A program made the position numbers and the translations under genes. Below, in pieces: positions 1-13,654 of a stretch of 64,000 bases of DNA (positions are counted from its first letter, which is position 1; each line of letters opens with the position of its first letter). The notes below the pieces were generated by a model. That model saw only the letters and a program-made list of their open reading frames with translations, had not been told where the DNA came from and ran no database searches. This DNA is from Ylistrum balloti (lineage: Eukaryota), in the NCBI RefSeq assembly GCF_031769215.1, contig NW_026782268.1:2046001-2110000 (forward strand). The letters are read 5' to 3'.

Positions 1-229
1 TCATTTGAGAACAAAATATTGTCTATTATTGCTATGTCTTTTCGTTTGTCTCCGAGTATTTGTCAGACAATCATTCAGTTAATTTTTTGGGAAGGGAAGG
101 CGTCTTGTGTTTCATCGACAACATCTGACACGTAAACCTTGGTCAATACAAGTAATGTAATAACCAAATGAGAACAAAGTAAATAACAACTGAGCCACCA
201 TAGTTACGACCATAAAATACGTCCTACGT

Positions 230-720
230 CGTGTCACACAGACGTTGTGACGACCGCAGGACTTCCCCATAACTTCCAGCAATCCGCATCGCTGGAAACC
301 TTGTGTTATGAATTTGTTCAGTTGCAGGCATCTTGCAAGAAAATTGTTATATCGGTAACAGACCCAATACTATCGAATTGACTGCGACAGGTAAACACCA
401 GGGGTTTTTGGATACAGGGATGCTGCAGTCCAGAAATGGAAAATTCTCATTAGATGAAATGAAATCACGCTTAACATTCAGCTTGGTGCACGTCTGTCCC
501 ATATTGGTTTCGTTGTGGGAAAAGATTGAGATAAGCGGCTGACGTAACAGTCTTTCGTCTCTTCGATTTCCAATTCTGGTGAGTATATACGATGGGCATC
601 ATCAATTTGTTATTTTCAGCCAAGATATCATCAATTTATTTGAAAATGAGAAAGAATTGGCAAGGTCTTTGTGACATGTTTTGATAAGCTATTTGATAAA
701 TTCAGCGTCGTATGAAAACT
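230..720 (-). mobile_element. Decayed Penelope-like (PLE-type) reverse transcriptase, C-terminal part
   Basis: Minus-strand translation across frameshifts gives YPELEIEET..SYLNL, NFPFLDCSIP..PGVYLSQ, KFITQGF..GRH, matching the RT thumb region seen more intact at 53718-54290. DNA 640-720 aligns with 33570-33680 and 38330-38440. Confidence 0.7.
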
Positions 721-2496
721 ATTTCAAAAAAAAAGAATAGGACCAAAGTATAGAAGCGGATTTTTTTTCAGCAATATTTCTATTGCCAAATGCCCGTCCT
801 CCATTTATGCTAACGGATAGAACTATTTAAACGTCATGTGTATTGCCGCTATTCCTTGTTAGAAAAACATAGAAAATTGCCATAGAAACACCATCAATAT
901 ACAAAGTCAATATGTGTCAAAGAAAAAACTGTGTACATGCAATGACGATCAAGTTGTTGATAACAAGCTGCCTATACATGTTCGAGTGATGATAACTCAA
1001 TCCTCTTCTTTATTGTTGGTATTTTGTTGTCAGCTTCTGATGTGTTAGAATAGCAACAGTGAATCATGTGTCTATGTCGCTCACATCATTCCAGAACCAA
1101 GGACCGGAAAACATTGATAGTGATCTGTGTGTTGGAGAATTGATTTTGATATCGTTGCTCGTCAGATCAAATAGTGTTTTAGTTATACACAGCTGACCTC
1201 ACTCTGACCAGACATTGTATTTGTCAGTATTATGATCAGTTTATCAAACCTGTTTTATCAAAGTATTCTCATCTTAACTCGATTTAACATCAGAAATTGT
1301 TTTTTCCTTGCTTGATCTCAGAGCTTATTGTGGATATCTGTAAGGGGAGACGGACATACGCATTATACAACATATGTCATATACTGGTAACATAATTTAT
1401 TAATTACACAGGACTTCCGTAATATAACAATAAAGTTTGTCATCTCGATTCACTTCTAATTCCAAAACAGATTAATTATTATTTTATCTTGCCAGGTTCG
1501 GTATGTTATTATCACCACATGTTTAGAACATGGTGAATGATTTGTCCTACAAAGTACCAGGAACGGTATATATTGGATTCGTAAAAAAAGTTGTTAAAAA
1601 AAGTCCAAAAATAATAATAATAATAAAAGAACACTCTGAATTAATTTCCTTAATTGAATGTGTATCATATATTAAAATTTGTTCTTAATATCGCTAAATT
1701 GACAAAAAAAAAATCACTTTTGTTTCCCTAATCAACAAAAAATCAGAGATAAGGGATTGTTGTTCTGCTGTTTACTAAGACGTATTCTAAAAATTTAAAT
1801 TACTTTTAAAAAGTCTAAAAAAAAAAAAAAAACCGTGAAAGTAAACGCAAAAATTAGTTAAACGTAAATAAATTATTTGTTGCCCAACCATCCCATTTCT
1901 TCGTTATTGGTCAATGTGTTTGCTTGTATTCACGAAATGAATACAATGACGTCACATTCATGACAGTTATTGATTAATGATAACAATTTCTATTTTTAAC
2001 TATGTCACAATTCGCTGAAAATAAGAAAAAATAAGTTCGAACATTGGATACGTTTATTTTCGTTAAACGATTCTGTTGTGCATTATACATTTGGTAATGT
2101 GTTAGAAATCGATAATGTTTTACGAAATGTTTCATCTCGAGATGTTGAAAGATTTTACATCAAAATTTGACAATTGCATTTTTAAAATACCTCGCCATTA
2201 AAAGGAAATAATAAAAAAAATCCCATGCACGGTTTTAGAACGACAGAACCCTTAGAAGCATCTAAAACACATGCTTGTATGAATATCTAAATAACGGAGA
2301 TAACAAGATTCATTAATAAGTCTTCATTTAATACAACATATTTGAAGAGATTGTCAATAGTGCCGATCTTCATGTACAATATCCGCTAAATGGGTACTCG
2401 TTGTCATTGTTAGCCATTAAAGGGGGATTTAGGAGGCTCTGTCAATGTCATACAGAGAAACCAAACACGACATCGGCTTCCTACCATCTCAGCAAC

Positions 2497-2653
2497 TGAC
2501 GCAGAGTGACTCGGGGCGCGGTCTTAGGGCACGGTGAACTCTCCGGAATGATGCTTTCTTGAGAAAGTATAAAACACACTGAAAATAGCCAGTCTTCCTC
2601 TGGGACAATAACAGGAAGGAACCAGGCGAGGAAACAGCTTTCAGTAGGTACGT
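2497..2653 (+). promoter_or_regulatory. Candidate promoter and non-coding first exon of the secreted peptide gene
   Basis: TGACG half-CRE and TGACTC AP-1-like sites at ~2497-2513, TATAAAA at 2568-2574, Inr-like CCAGT at 2589-2593, donor AG|GTACGT at 2647/2648. A matching acceptor (tttcag) ends at 8219, 30 nt before the ATG at 8249. The link between the two is inferred. Confidence 0.35.
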
Positions 2654-4049
2654 GCTATATAGCTAAAATATCGCGTTTTAATAGCAAATATTGATCATTA
2701 TTAATACTATTTTCTGTTTAACTAGATTTATTTGATGGTTATTTTGAATATCAAATTAGTGATATAAGCAAAAAGAATTGAAAATTTACATTCATAAAAG
2801 GTGATGCATGGATGCTATTTTCTTCATTTTGTAAGTTTGTCATTTTAAATATGTCTGTTTAAATATTCAAAAATACCTTGTTTGTCGCATATGTCGATAT
2901 ACATTGATTCAAATTCAATTCGTGAGTTTTCGTTAGTATGAAACTTCTAAGAGTCGAATATGCTTGAAGTTGAGATCTTGCATCATCCTTATTGTTATTA
3001 TTAGCGCTTGTTTATATTGAGGGCGTGTTAAGTTATAATCAGTCTTAATGTTAAAATGTATATCGGGGTGAACTCCTTAATCTATACTACAAAATTTCAT
3101 GTGTTTATGTAGATAAATGTTAAATTTTGTGCTACTGTTCATATACATTTGATTTAGAAGTTATATCACTGAATTTTACTATTTTTTGGTAAATATCAAG
3201 GCTTTGAGCTCTGATTTTTTTCAGAATTTCTGTTATCTTTTTCAAACAATTTATGTAACTTAATGGGTTACTTTTTTATTTAAATAGATATTTTGTAATT
3301 TGATGGCATCTAGTTCTTATTTTCACAAGGGGTTTTCGGTAGACGCAAAAATAAAAATGTAGTAAAATATATATAGGATACATACACTAACTTTCCTTTG
3401 TTACGCAAGCCTCTTTATAAGATATATATATATATATAAGGAGACCAGCTACAATCATGGAAAGTGATTCATAATTCACGACCAAATTATAGCTCATTAA
3501 ATTATATGGCTGGCATGCCTTAAATGAATAGTTTGAAAGTGTCATTTACAAAAGATATGGCTTTAATTTATCTACTTGGAGCTGTATTTTTTTTTATTAC
3601 GTCTGAGAAGTAGACGTTGCTTATCAGGCAAAACTTATGTCATTGAAGACAAATTTAGTGCCGATACAGAAGACCGTGGCCTTAAAAGAGGGAAGATAAG
3701 GACTATTAAGATTATTTTTTATTCTTATTCTTTGACGATTCGGTGAATTATTTCATTTCGAGGGTTAAGAAGCCAAGAATAGATTAACATGATCACTATA
3801 AGACATTGAGGTATGTTTTTATTTTAATAATTGTGGGAACCTATATAATATATAGACTGTTGACGTGTAAGGTTGAAGTATTAATATGGAATGCAATGTG
3901 TCAAACCACATGTTTTATATCGGATGGATTTAAAATAGGTGAAATAATTTGGTTTGAAATTGTCAACTCATTTTAAAAAAGCCATTAAGTTATATTGTAA
4001 TTTTTTCTGCACTCGGCCAGCTTTGGCAAGTAAGATTAAAGCATCGCCC

Positions 4050-5660
4050 ATTTGAAAGGAACCGTAGAAGGCCATGGTGCAGCCATCAGTAATCTGTGTC
4101 AGGATGTAGACTCACTAAGAACGGCACGTGACAAGATAGCACATGCTGTTTTAGGCCTTAAATGTCTGTTTATGAACTACAAACACGTTTTTACGGACTA
4201 TAAGAAGAAACCCGGAAAGAAGAGGCCATGGTATTTATCAGAAACTTTATTTATGTAGAACTCGATATAGAAAGCAAAATCGAACTCATGAAAAGCGAGG
4301 TAGAACAGTACAATGGTTGATAGATTGGTCTTCCACTAGGACCTACACCATGTCAAACATCAGTTCTCATCTGAAAGAAAGGAGCGAAAGAAAAGGTTGC
4401 ATCAAATTCTCAGACGTGGCAAAACAGTTAATGACGTAAAACTGATCTATATAGTAACCATCAGGCGTCCTAACAGAATGCTAGAAATAGATACGATAAC
4501 AATAATAAATCAACGTCTGGTATTGTGGAAAATCAGCTAGTTCCTTACACTGTCGGAGGACATCTGCAGCCACCCGATCCTTGAGGTCAGCGTGTTGTTT
4601 CTGCAGGACGGAATAGAAGAAGGACGGCTGCGAATTCAACTATTTAGAGACATACACCTCTAAGCAGGGGAAGTACACAACAGGGGTTATCGGGACCTTC
4701 GGACCCATTCACCATCCAACAGGAACCACATCACAAGTGATAAGATAGTGGGGAGAGAAATAATGTATGGATATGATATCGTTTGTTTTTCCGAGCGTTG
4801 AATATCGAATACTGACTACATTGAAGTCCTGTGCTCATATTAATCCTAGAACTACCGGTTAAGGAAGGATGTGGTAATTGCTTTTTTCAACTTGTTTAAA
4901 TCATTACCGACTGTATAGTTTGGCTAAAACCTAGTTATACATAAGAACCTTATTTTCCAATGATTCTGTTCATATTCCTGTGAAAAATTATATCTATCAT
5001 AATCATGACCAGGATCTCTTCCAAAAACATTGAAGTTTCTAATATAATACAAAACAGGAAATTCGTTTGTCATCTGTGACCTTAATGGACGAACAAGGAC
5101 GGCGTTAGATTTCGATATATATCTACCAAAATGGCAAAGCAATAGTTAAAGTCAAAAACATGGTCAAATATGTAAAACTAAAAGATGGAAATTATAGTGC
5201 ATAGTGTAAATTCACTAGCATACTTACATTTAATGGGCGTTGTCAACGCGATCAAGGACATCTTACATTTTACAGCAGTGATGGTGCAAATCTTATTGCC
5301 TATTTACTTGTAGTTTGTAAATTTAAGTGTACGAACGTCTACCTCGGGCGAGTTTGATATTTTGATCATTCACCAAGATCTTTTAACCTTAATGGTAGTT
5401 GTGTAAATGTTAATCACGTTGATCAGTCATGTACAGGGAAATCATTAACAAATGTCAGATGGAATAGAAAAAAAAATTATAAATCATGTAGTGGAAAACC
5501 TTACGGGCACTTGTGACATGTCTTTTAATACTAACGAAAAATACCCCGTATGCTTTTCTAAAGCAAACATAAAACAAACAACAAACCGTGGTTTTCGGAA
5601 CAGTGTAAACGGAAATATATGGATCACGGAAATGCAAATGCAATTTTGAACCAGAATAGT
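4050..5660 (+). mobile_element. Degenerate CR1/L2-type LINE (ORF1 remnant plus AP-endonuclease of ORF2)
   Basis: Broken frames give FYGL*EE..FIRNFIYVELDI and QFSSERKERKKRLHQIL..KLIYI (ORF1-like), then YDIVCFSE, VICDLNGRT (GDFNAR-like), TFNGR..G.LTF..G.NLIAY, FDHSP (SDH-like) and NKPWFSEQCK, in the expected order. Confidence 0.7.
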
Positions 5661-8248
5661 TGGTTATTAGAGGTCGATGGTATTGTTATTTTGTAAACTA
5701 TTAGAAACTTTTACTTTTTTGATAGAAGTACTTTATGGAGTTAGTTGAAAAAGTTGTGGAGAACAGTTAAATATTTAAGTATAATTGTCATATTCATAAT
5801 CCTTTCCCGCACAGAATCAATCTCTTGAAAGGGGAAATACCATCGCTAAATTCGTATTGCTTTATTTTGGGGGTTTTTTTTGTGAATGATTGTGAAACGA
5901 CTTTTATTACTGAAAATTGTCCATCTATTGAAACCATAAGAAAATTCCAACACGTCAACAGAATAATAATGAAATCCTCAAATTCAATAAAACTAGGACA
6001 AAAAAGAGTTCATCGACCTACTTCTCTCGAAACTCTGTGTTGTTAGTTTGTTTTAAAAGCTGTATCGCCAAGTATCTTGTAAGAAACGTTAAATGTCCTT
6101 AATGTCCAAAAATTAATAATCGTAATTTTCCTTAATGTAGGACGTCCAAAACAATGACGTTTTTTATTAACTGCAATATTACGTTGTGAAAAAAATTATA
6201 CTTTTCAATTATAATATCATAAAATATGTCTTATTTATAAATTACTCCAGTTGCTACATAAGATATATCTATTCTGCTAACATATAAGATATCTTATTCA
6301 TGTGTTAGTTAAGACACATCAATAAATGTTCTATGTAAGATTATAAATCTTATTTATCCTACAATTGGCCCTGCCATTGTCGGAATACACCTGCCCACAT
6401 GTATTTTGGTGTATTCGGCAGTGACGGAAAACGGTTGTTTCTTAGCACGTGCGTTAATTCGAAGGAATAACATTTTGAATTTTCTTTAAAATTGCGTTTT
6501 ACAATATGAATAACTGTAAATAACGATTTTATATTTTGTAAAGAACAAGTTTAGTTATAAGATTCATACAGTCGCTGTCATAACCGTTAAAGCTTGGAAC
6601 TACATTTTTGCGCGGAGCAATTACTTTGGCGCACGTCATCAGGCAAAATTCAGCTTAACGTCAACGTCAGGTTAACAGCAACAAAACCGTTGAAGTGTTG
6701 ATGGTCTGATTTTCAATTAATGTTGCAGGATATACAAAATTTGAAAATAAATACCCAAAATCCAATTTCAGGAAAGGTTATGCAATATTCGTAACTCTAT
6801 CAAATGTATCAACATTTGGTAGATTCTTTTTAACCTCCGTTTCATTACAACATATCGACCATCTGCGTAAGAAAAGTATAGCATGAATGAGCGAGTAAGA
6901 TTATCACCATATTAACTTATACATAAAGAGGAAGCTATGTGTTCCTTATGTGATAATTATGACACTGATGAGGGATTTCATTTCATTTTGAAGTATCCAT
7001 TTTTATCCGATTTGCGTACAAAATATATGATACCTTACTATTTGCCTAAACCTAGCATATTAAAACTTGTCCAGTTACCAATAGTCAATAATTACAAAAG
7101 AAATAGGTGATATTTCAAAATTCTTGCAAGTTGCAATTAAACGATGTTCAGAAGCGTTATGAAATAATTTTCTTAATGTTACTTACAATGTACAATTTGT
7201 TCAGTGTACTTGGCATACGAATGCGTGTGTATCAAATGTCACCCCAGATCTTTTTTTACCTTAATAATTGGGATAATTGAATATCTGTTATAGTACTGTG
7301 TGTTTGAATTCCTCGTTGTGTGCCAGTTATAACATGTTAATATCTATTCAGTTGTGTTGCATTTTCCTGCTCTGGCTTCACTCACATATTTTTGATATAC
7401 TTGCTTTTATTGTACTTTAGACATTCCTGTTGACTATGGCTGAATATATTTTGTATCGTCCGCAAATAGTTTCGTGATACAGACTTTAACTTCCGGTATC
7501 GACGTACATCAGAAATGGGACAGGGCTTACAACAAACCTGAAGGACTCCACTGGTAACGTCCACTGGTTAAGATGGCGATCCGATAATCACTATTTATCA
7601 CCGAGTCAAACTTCAACTTTCCAGTGAGACCGTGTTTTTCTACTAATGTATATACATATGAGTACTCGACGTGAGACCTTATCGAAAGCTTTAGAAAAGT
7701 CTAAACAGACGGTAACACATGCTGGAGGCACAATTCAGCAACGCATGTACCCTACTCCGAATGTCCCTGGTTCATTTGGCTACGACAAAGAAGAAAACAC
7801 CTTCCAAGATTTATTGCGTTGAATTCATTATTAAAGATCTACGATATATACATATCTTTGATATATACAAATATACCCGCTGTATAATTTTCACAGTCTT
7901 ATGAAAATATTTAAGACTTAACTCCATAGAAAAGTTTTCATACTCTCAGCAAGTGTTATCCCCAATTGTGAGGCAAATAGTACACAAACCCGAATGAGAA
8001 GTACCTATGCTTAGCAGTAAGGGAGTATTCCTTCGAAAGTTTGATAACGAGAGGAAGTGTGACTTGTAATTATTGAGCTTGGGTCGTTACATTACTGTAG
8101 TAATGTTTCAAAATACGGATTGAAATGATTAGCCATTGTTTAGAAAATTTACAAAAGGATTGAATTCTAAGTTGAATTTTAACTTTTCAAAACTGATTTT
8201 GATTCCATTTACGTTTCAGAAATTCCCCGTACGCAACGCAAGCCAACC

Positions 8249-8521
8249 ATGAACAACAAAGTGTCCGGATTTTTGGTCGCCTTCTGTTTCACCTTCATGG
8301 TACAGAGCACTTTCTGTAAGGTCGTTATCCAAAGTGACAATGACATGCCATGTTTCCCGTGTAATTACAGAGACATCTCCATGGACGACATCAAAATGTT
8401 GTCTCCTACCTGTATGCAGTGTGCGGATATGTTCGGACGACCTTCGTTTGCCTACTGCTGCATGTGTCATAGTGACTTCCGGTCCAATTGCGAAAGCGCT
8501 CTATCAGGCAGAATTATCTAA
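8249..8521 (+). CDS. Secreted cysteine-rich peptide precursor, 90 aa (CHH/ITP-like Cys spacing; family uncertain)
   Basis: Good ATG context (caaccATG), hydrophobic signal peptide of ~23 aa, mature C35-x2-C38-x16-C55-x2-C58-x11-C70C71-x-C73-x7-C81, C-terminal SGR (possible amidation), splice acceptor at 8219, AATAAA at 8689-8694. Confidence 0.8.
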   Translation: MNNKVSGFLVAFCFTFMVQSTFCKVVIQSDNDMPCFPCNYRDISMDDIKMLSPTCMQCADMFGRPSFAYCCMCHSDFRSNCESALSGRII

Positions 8522-9612
8522 AGAGTTGAGAAAACTTGTCACATTTGATACATATATAAACGAAAGATCTATACATATATGTATATTGATTGTGACCTAA
8601 AATATCTTAGGGATGAAAGGTGCAAAAATATTGTTCCAGATCATTTATCGTTTTGAAAAAGTGTTCAAACCCTTTGAAAAGAAAAACAAATAAATTGTTT
8701 ATAAAGCTTGAATGTTTTATGATGTTTTGACGACCATGCATACAGACTGCAAATTTCTATAATTGAGCAAACTACCCTGTAATAACACAAACATACACGG
8801 ATTGCTATCTCCTATGTTCAAGAATACATCACAGGGACGAAAAAACATAAACATAAACCTTACACTGAATTCGGCTTCTACAGTTTGACAAAATATCGTC
8901 GTTTTATAATGATATTTATTTGATTTATATTATATACTTATAATTGTTCAGTATCAAAACCGCCTTTTTCCTCCTTTGCAAATTTGAAAATCTATATGTA
9001 TTCAATATATCATCTCCATAACCCAGAAAGTAAATTCTCAGACTAGTTTCAGGTTTTTATATGAAATGGAATCTCATTCAAAATCCTCTATTTACAGCAT
9101 TACTGTAGACTCCTCACTAAAGCATTGATAAAATCCCTTGATATTTCATGTGCGTGCTTAAATAGTAGTGAGATACACCCTCCCTCCGCAGAGAAAGTGA
9201 CCTTTCGATCTCTAACCAGACATTCTACAGCTTGACCTAAACAAAATAGGAAAATTCCACTATCCGGAGTTTGTAAGGTAACATGTGCTGGGTAGCACCA
9301 AGTCCCACTCATAAGCGTAGTTTTTGGAAAGAACAGTGGCAACTGTCAAACCGTTTTGACACCCAATCCATGTTTTCTGAACTGCTACACTGCTCCCTTC
9401 TTCGACATCGAAAGCAATATCAACGCTGATTCTTTAGTTTAATAAAGGCATCTCGATCTCCTCTAGCTTCTACGCTTGGAGTGATCAACTGTCATAGGAA
9501 AGATTGATGAAAAACTCGGTTTCTTGCTGTGCAATGGCACCGCTTAACTAAAACAATGCACCGCTTGACTAAATGGATGCTCCTACTTGCCATGGCTAGG
9601 AAGGCGACCTTG

Positions 9613-9821
9613 CCCGGTTGCTCAAAGGTTAAAGTTAATCAGTGGTAAGCGATAAATTCAAAATGTTGCCGTTGAAAAAAAAACATAACAAGAGCGTTAA
9701 TGGCAAAATGGCTATGAAAACGCTATGAAATGTTGCAGAATGTTTCCAATTGTGTTTAATCTATATTTGAACATTTTTACAAAACAATGGTTAACCTAAA
9801 CAGCCTCTGGGCAATCGAAGC
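9613..9821. mobile_element. Degenerate MITE (Harbinger-like termini)
   Basis: Imperfect terminal inverted repeats: gcccggttgctcaaaggttaaagttaatc at the left versus ggttaacctaaacagcctctgggcaatc at the right. Confidence 0.35.
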
Positions 9822-9842
9822 GTGAAGTACATTCGTTTTTTA

Positions 9843-11586
9843 CACTCGCTATTTAGATTACGACAGAACGATACTCGTTGTTGAGATTACGTGAGAACGA
9901 TAGTCGCTGTTTAGATTACGTCAGAACGATACTCGCTGTTTAGATTACGCGAGAACGATACTCGTTGTTTAGATTACGTCAGAACGATACTCGTTGTTTA
10001 GATAACGTCAGAACGACACTCGTTGTTAAGGCAACTTCAAAACGATAGTTGCTGTTTAGATTGCGTCAGAACGATACTCCCTGTTTAGATTACGTCAGAA
10101 CGATACTCCCTGTTTAGATTACGTCAGAACGATACTCGCTGTTTAGATTAAGCGAGAACGATACTCGTTGTTTAGATTACGTCAGAACGATACTCCCTGT
10201 TTAGATTACGTCAGAACGATACTAGCTGTTTACATTACGTCAAAACGATACTCGTTGTTTAGGTTACGTCAGAACGATATTCGTTGTTTAGATTACGTCA
10301 GAACGACACTCGTTGTTTAGATTACGTCAGAACGATACTCGTTGTTTAGATTACGTCAGAACGATACTCGTTGTTTAGGTTACGTCAGAACGATACTCGT
10401 TGTTTAGATTACGAAAGAATTATACTCCCTGTTTAGATTACGTGAGAACGATTCTCGTTGTTTAGATTACGTCAGAACGATACTCCCTGTTGAGATTACG
10501 CGAGAACGATACTCGTTGTTTAGATTACGTCAGAACGATACTCCCTGTTTAGATTACGACAAAACGATACTCACTGTTTAGGTTACGTCAGAATGATACT
10601 CGCTGTTTACATTACGTCAGAACGATACTCGCTGTTTAGATTACGAAAGAATTATACTCCCTGTTTAGATTACGTGAGAACGATTCTCGTTGTTTAGATT
10701 ACGTCAGAACGATACTCCCTGTTTAGATTACGTGAGAACGATACTCGCTGTTTAGATTACGTCAGAACGATACTCCCTGTTTAGATTACGTCAGAACGAT
10801 ACTCCCTGTTTAGATTACGACAAAACGATACTCACTGTTTAGGTTACGTCAGAACGATACTCGCTGTTTAGATTACGTCAGAACGATACTCCCTGTTTAG
10901 ATTACGTAGATTACGTCAGAACGATATTCGCTGTGTAGATTACGACAGAACGATATTCGCTGTTTAGATTACGTCAGAACGATACTCGCATACTCCCTGT
11001 GTAGATTACGTCAGAACGATACTCGCTGTGTAGATTACGTCAGAACGATACTCGCTGTTTAGATTACGTCAGAACGATACTCGCTGTGTAGATTACGTCA
11101 GAACGATACTCGCTGTGTAGATTACGTCAGAACGATACTCCCTGTTTAGATTACGTCAGAACGATACTCCCTGTTTAGATTACGTCAGAACGATACTCGC
11201 TGTTTAGATTACGCGAGAACGATACTCCCTGTTTAGATTACGTCAGAACGATACTCGCTGTGTAGATTACGTCAGAACGATACTCGCTCTTTACACTACG
11301 TCAGAACGATACTCGCTGTGTAGATTACGTGAGAACGATACTCGCTGTGTAGATTACGTCAGAACGATACTCGCTGTTTAGATTACGTCAGAACGATACT
11401 CCCTGTTTAGATTACGTCAGAACGATACTCCCTGTTTAGATTACGTCAGAACGATACTCCCTGTTTAGATTACGTCAGAACGATACTCCCTGTTTAGATT
11501 ACGTCAGAACGATACTCCCTGTTTAGATTACGTCAGAACGATACTCCCTGTTAAGATTACGTGAGAACGATACTCCCTGTTAAGAT
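9843..11586 (+). repeat. 29-bp minisatellite, ~60 copies (consensus TACTCGCTGTTTAGATTACGTCAGAACGA)
   Basis: Directly visible head-to-tail array with no unique spacers; variant units are interspersed. Confidence 0.98.
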
Positions 11587-11751
11587 GTTGCTGTATCCAG
11601 AAATGTATCCAAAGTATAGCATTTTCTTATTAAATTTTAAACTCTTAACTACAGTTGATTAAAAAAAGCAAAAGAAAATAAATTCCTTCGAAACTAAAAC
11701 CACGAACTAGAAACTGTGCAGTAATCGCAGGTATATATCGGTTCATTATTG

Positions 11752-11885
11752 CCAGATAAGGACGTTCCTGGTTCGGATGGTTGAGAAAAACCACCGATCT
11801 TCGGCCAGTACCTGGTGACTGCCTCACGTTCCCAAGCCCGCGACCCACAGGTGGAGGGCTAGTGATAAAGACGGTCAGCGACCGA
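11752..11885 (-). mobile_element. Truncated tRNA-derived SINE, same family as 27649-27861
   Basis: Shares aaaaccaccga..cagtacctgg..gcgaccca.aggtggaggg with the complete copy at 27.7 kb. Confidence 0.7.
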
Positions 11886-13654
11886 CAATCTTTCATGGAA
11901 ATCTGGTTTATGGATCAAGTCGTTTAGATATCGAGTCAACCAGAAAACGTCGTAAACTTGGGAAAAAGGATTGTCACTATGTAGGAAGGGACCCGTGTCT
12001 TAGAAAAACCGAAATCAACATACTGCATAGTTATCTATTTTTGATTGCATGCAGCAAAATGATTGATTAAGGCATACGGCTGATGTGGAAAACTGAAACT
12101 GATCATAGACAACAAAATATACGTCCATTTTATGTCAATATACTTCAGTATCAAATTCAATACAAATATAATTTAAGAAGTCGATTACAAGGCTTTAACA
12201 TTGTCCAAACTTACTTGTGAGTTTGACCATTGGAAACTAGCCGTGACAAGACCATGGTCAGATTACCGCAATGAGCTTAGAGGGAGGATTGAAAATCTAC
12301 ATTGTTTTAAGGCACGCCTATAAATCACTGTAAGCTGTTTGTTAAAGGAAAATCTATAAATGTCCCTATTCAAAAATTAAAAAGATATTAACAAATTGTG
12401 AAAATGCAGTTATGTGCAATAGTTCCAATGATTCAAACGATCAAAGTAAGGATTTCCATCTTTTTCTGAATTAAATAAACACCATTATATATTTAAACTA
12501 GAAATTGTTGCTAATAATTATGCGGGCTTTTCACTCCTTTGGCGACAATCTTGGATATCGGATAGACTCCCCGAAAAACAAAACACTAAATTTATCGGAA
12601 GGACGTTCTGCATCGATCTGAAGAAGAAAATTTCAAGAAAATTCAAAATTGAAAAAAAAAAAAGAGAAAAAAATTGTTAAATTTTGAAAACTTTACCCCA
12701 CAGTGAGCTTTTTTACTTGACATACTTTGTATTAATATGGCATGAGAAAAAGTTAGATAGGGAAAATTCTCTACAAATATTATTGCACAAACTCTGTACA
12801 ATCAATGGTTTTCCTGATATTGCCGTTTTTAAGTTTTGAACTTATGACGTCATGGCGGCCATATTGGATTTTTGACCTACTTATAAAATCGGCATCGACA
12901 ACTTCATATACGTATCTACAAATAGAAGAATAGACTGTGTGTCTAGCTTTTACAATTTAAAAGATTACGAGCCCACAATATTGGAAGAAGAATAATAAGA
13001 ATAAGAAACAACAAAAACAACAGGTCTTTTTACCAACTGGTGAAAAGCCCTTATAACAGAAGAAATGAGGAACATGATACTGGAGTCTTTTATCCGATTT
13101 ATTGTAACCATATATACATCTAGGTTTATAAACATATAATGAATTCATGGAAACATTTTAAAAACAATATTTCTCTTGTGTCAGTTTCTTAAACTACTAC
13201 AATACAAAGATTAAGAGATATGAATGTATCTTATATGTTAGTCTATAATTAATCATAAAATTTGGTCTAAATATATACACATCACGAGGTATATGTTTCA
13301 TCTCCAATAAGACGCCATACCAAGAAGGCATAATCCTACACTTTGTAGCATTCACAGTCTAAAATAACCCATACCCCAAATAACATACAATGTAGTACGA
13401 CTAAAAAACATAGACATCAAATGTATCACTAACAAGAAGCACCTAGTCATTAATGGTGAAATGATTGTAACAACATATGGTATCAGTATGTATCGGAAAA
13501 TGTGATAAAATGAAAAACATTTCTTAATTTTAGCAATAAACGTAACAGAAACGACATCAATTCCTACATTTTAGATTCTCAATATTCCAATGAATTTTCA
13601 GATCAACTGCACTAGTGTAACTGAAGAGGAAACTTGAAAATTTATTTTTCAAAA

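Noticed and set aside
8249-8521. Peptide as a conotoxin-like ligand of the neighbouring receptors
   Set aside because: The Cys order C-C-C-C-CC-C-C formally equals conotoxin framework XII, but the spacing differs. The gene is 23 kb away beyond an unrelated kinase, and proximity alone is no evidence.
9100-9640. GC-richer segment with an 80-aa minus-strand ORF
   Set aside because: No recognisable motif in any frame; probably a decayed element, left unannotated.
9843-11586. CRISPR-like array (29-bp repeat length)
   Set aside because: Units are head-to-tail with no unique spacers, there are no cas genes, and the context is eukaryotic.
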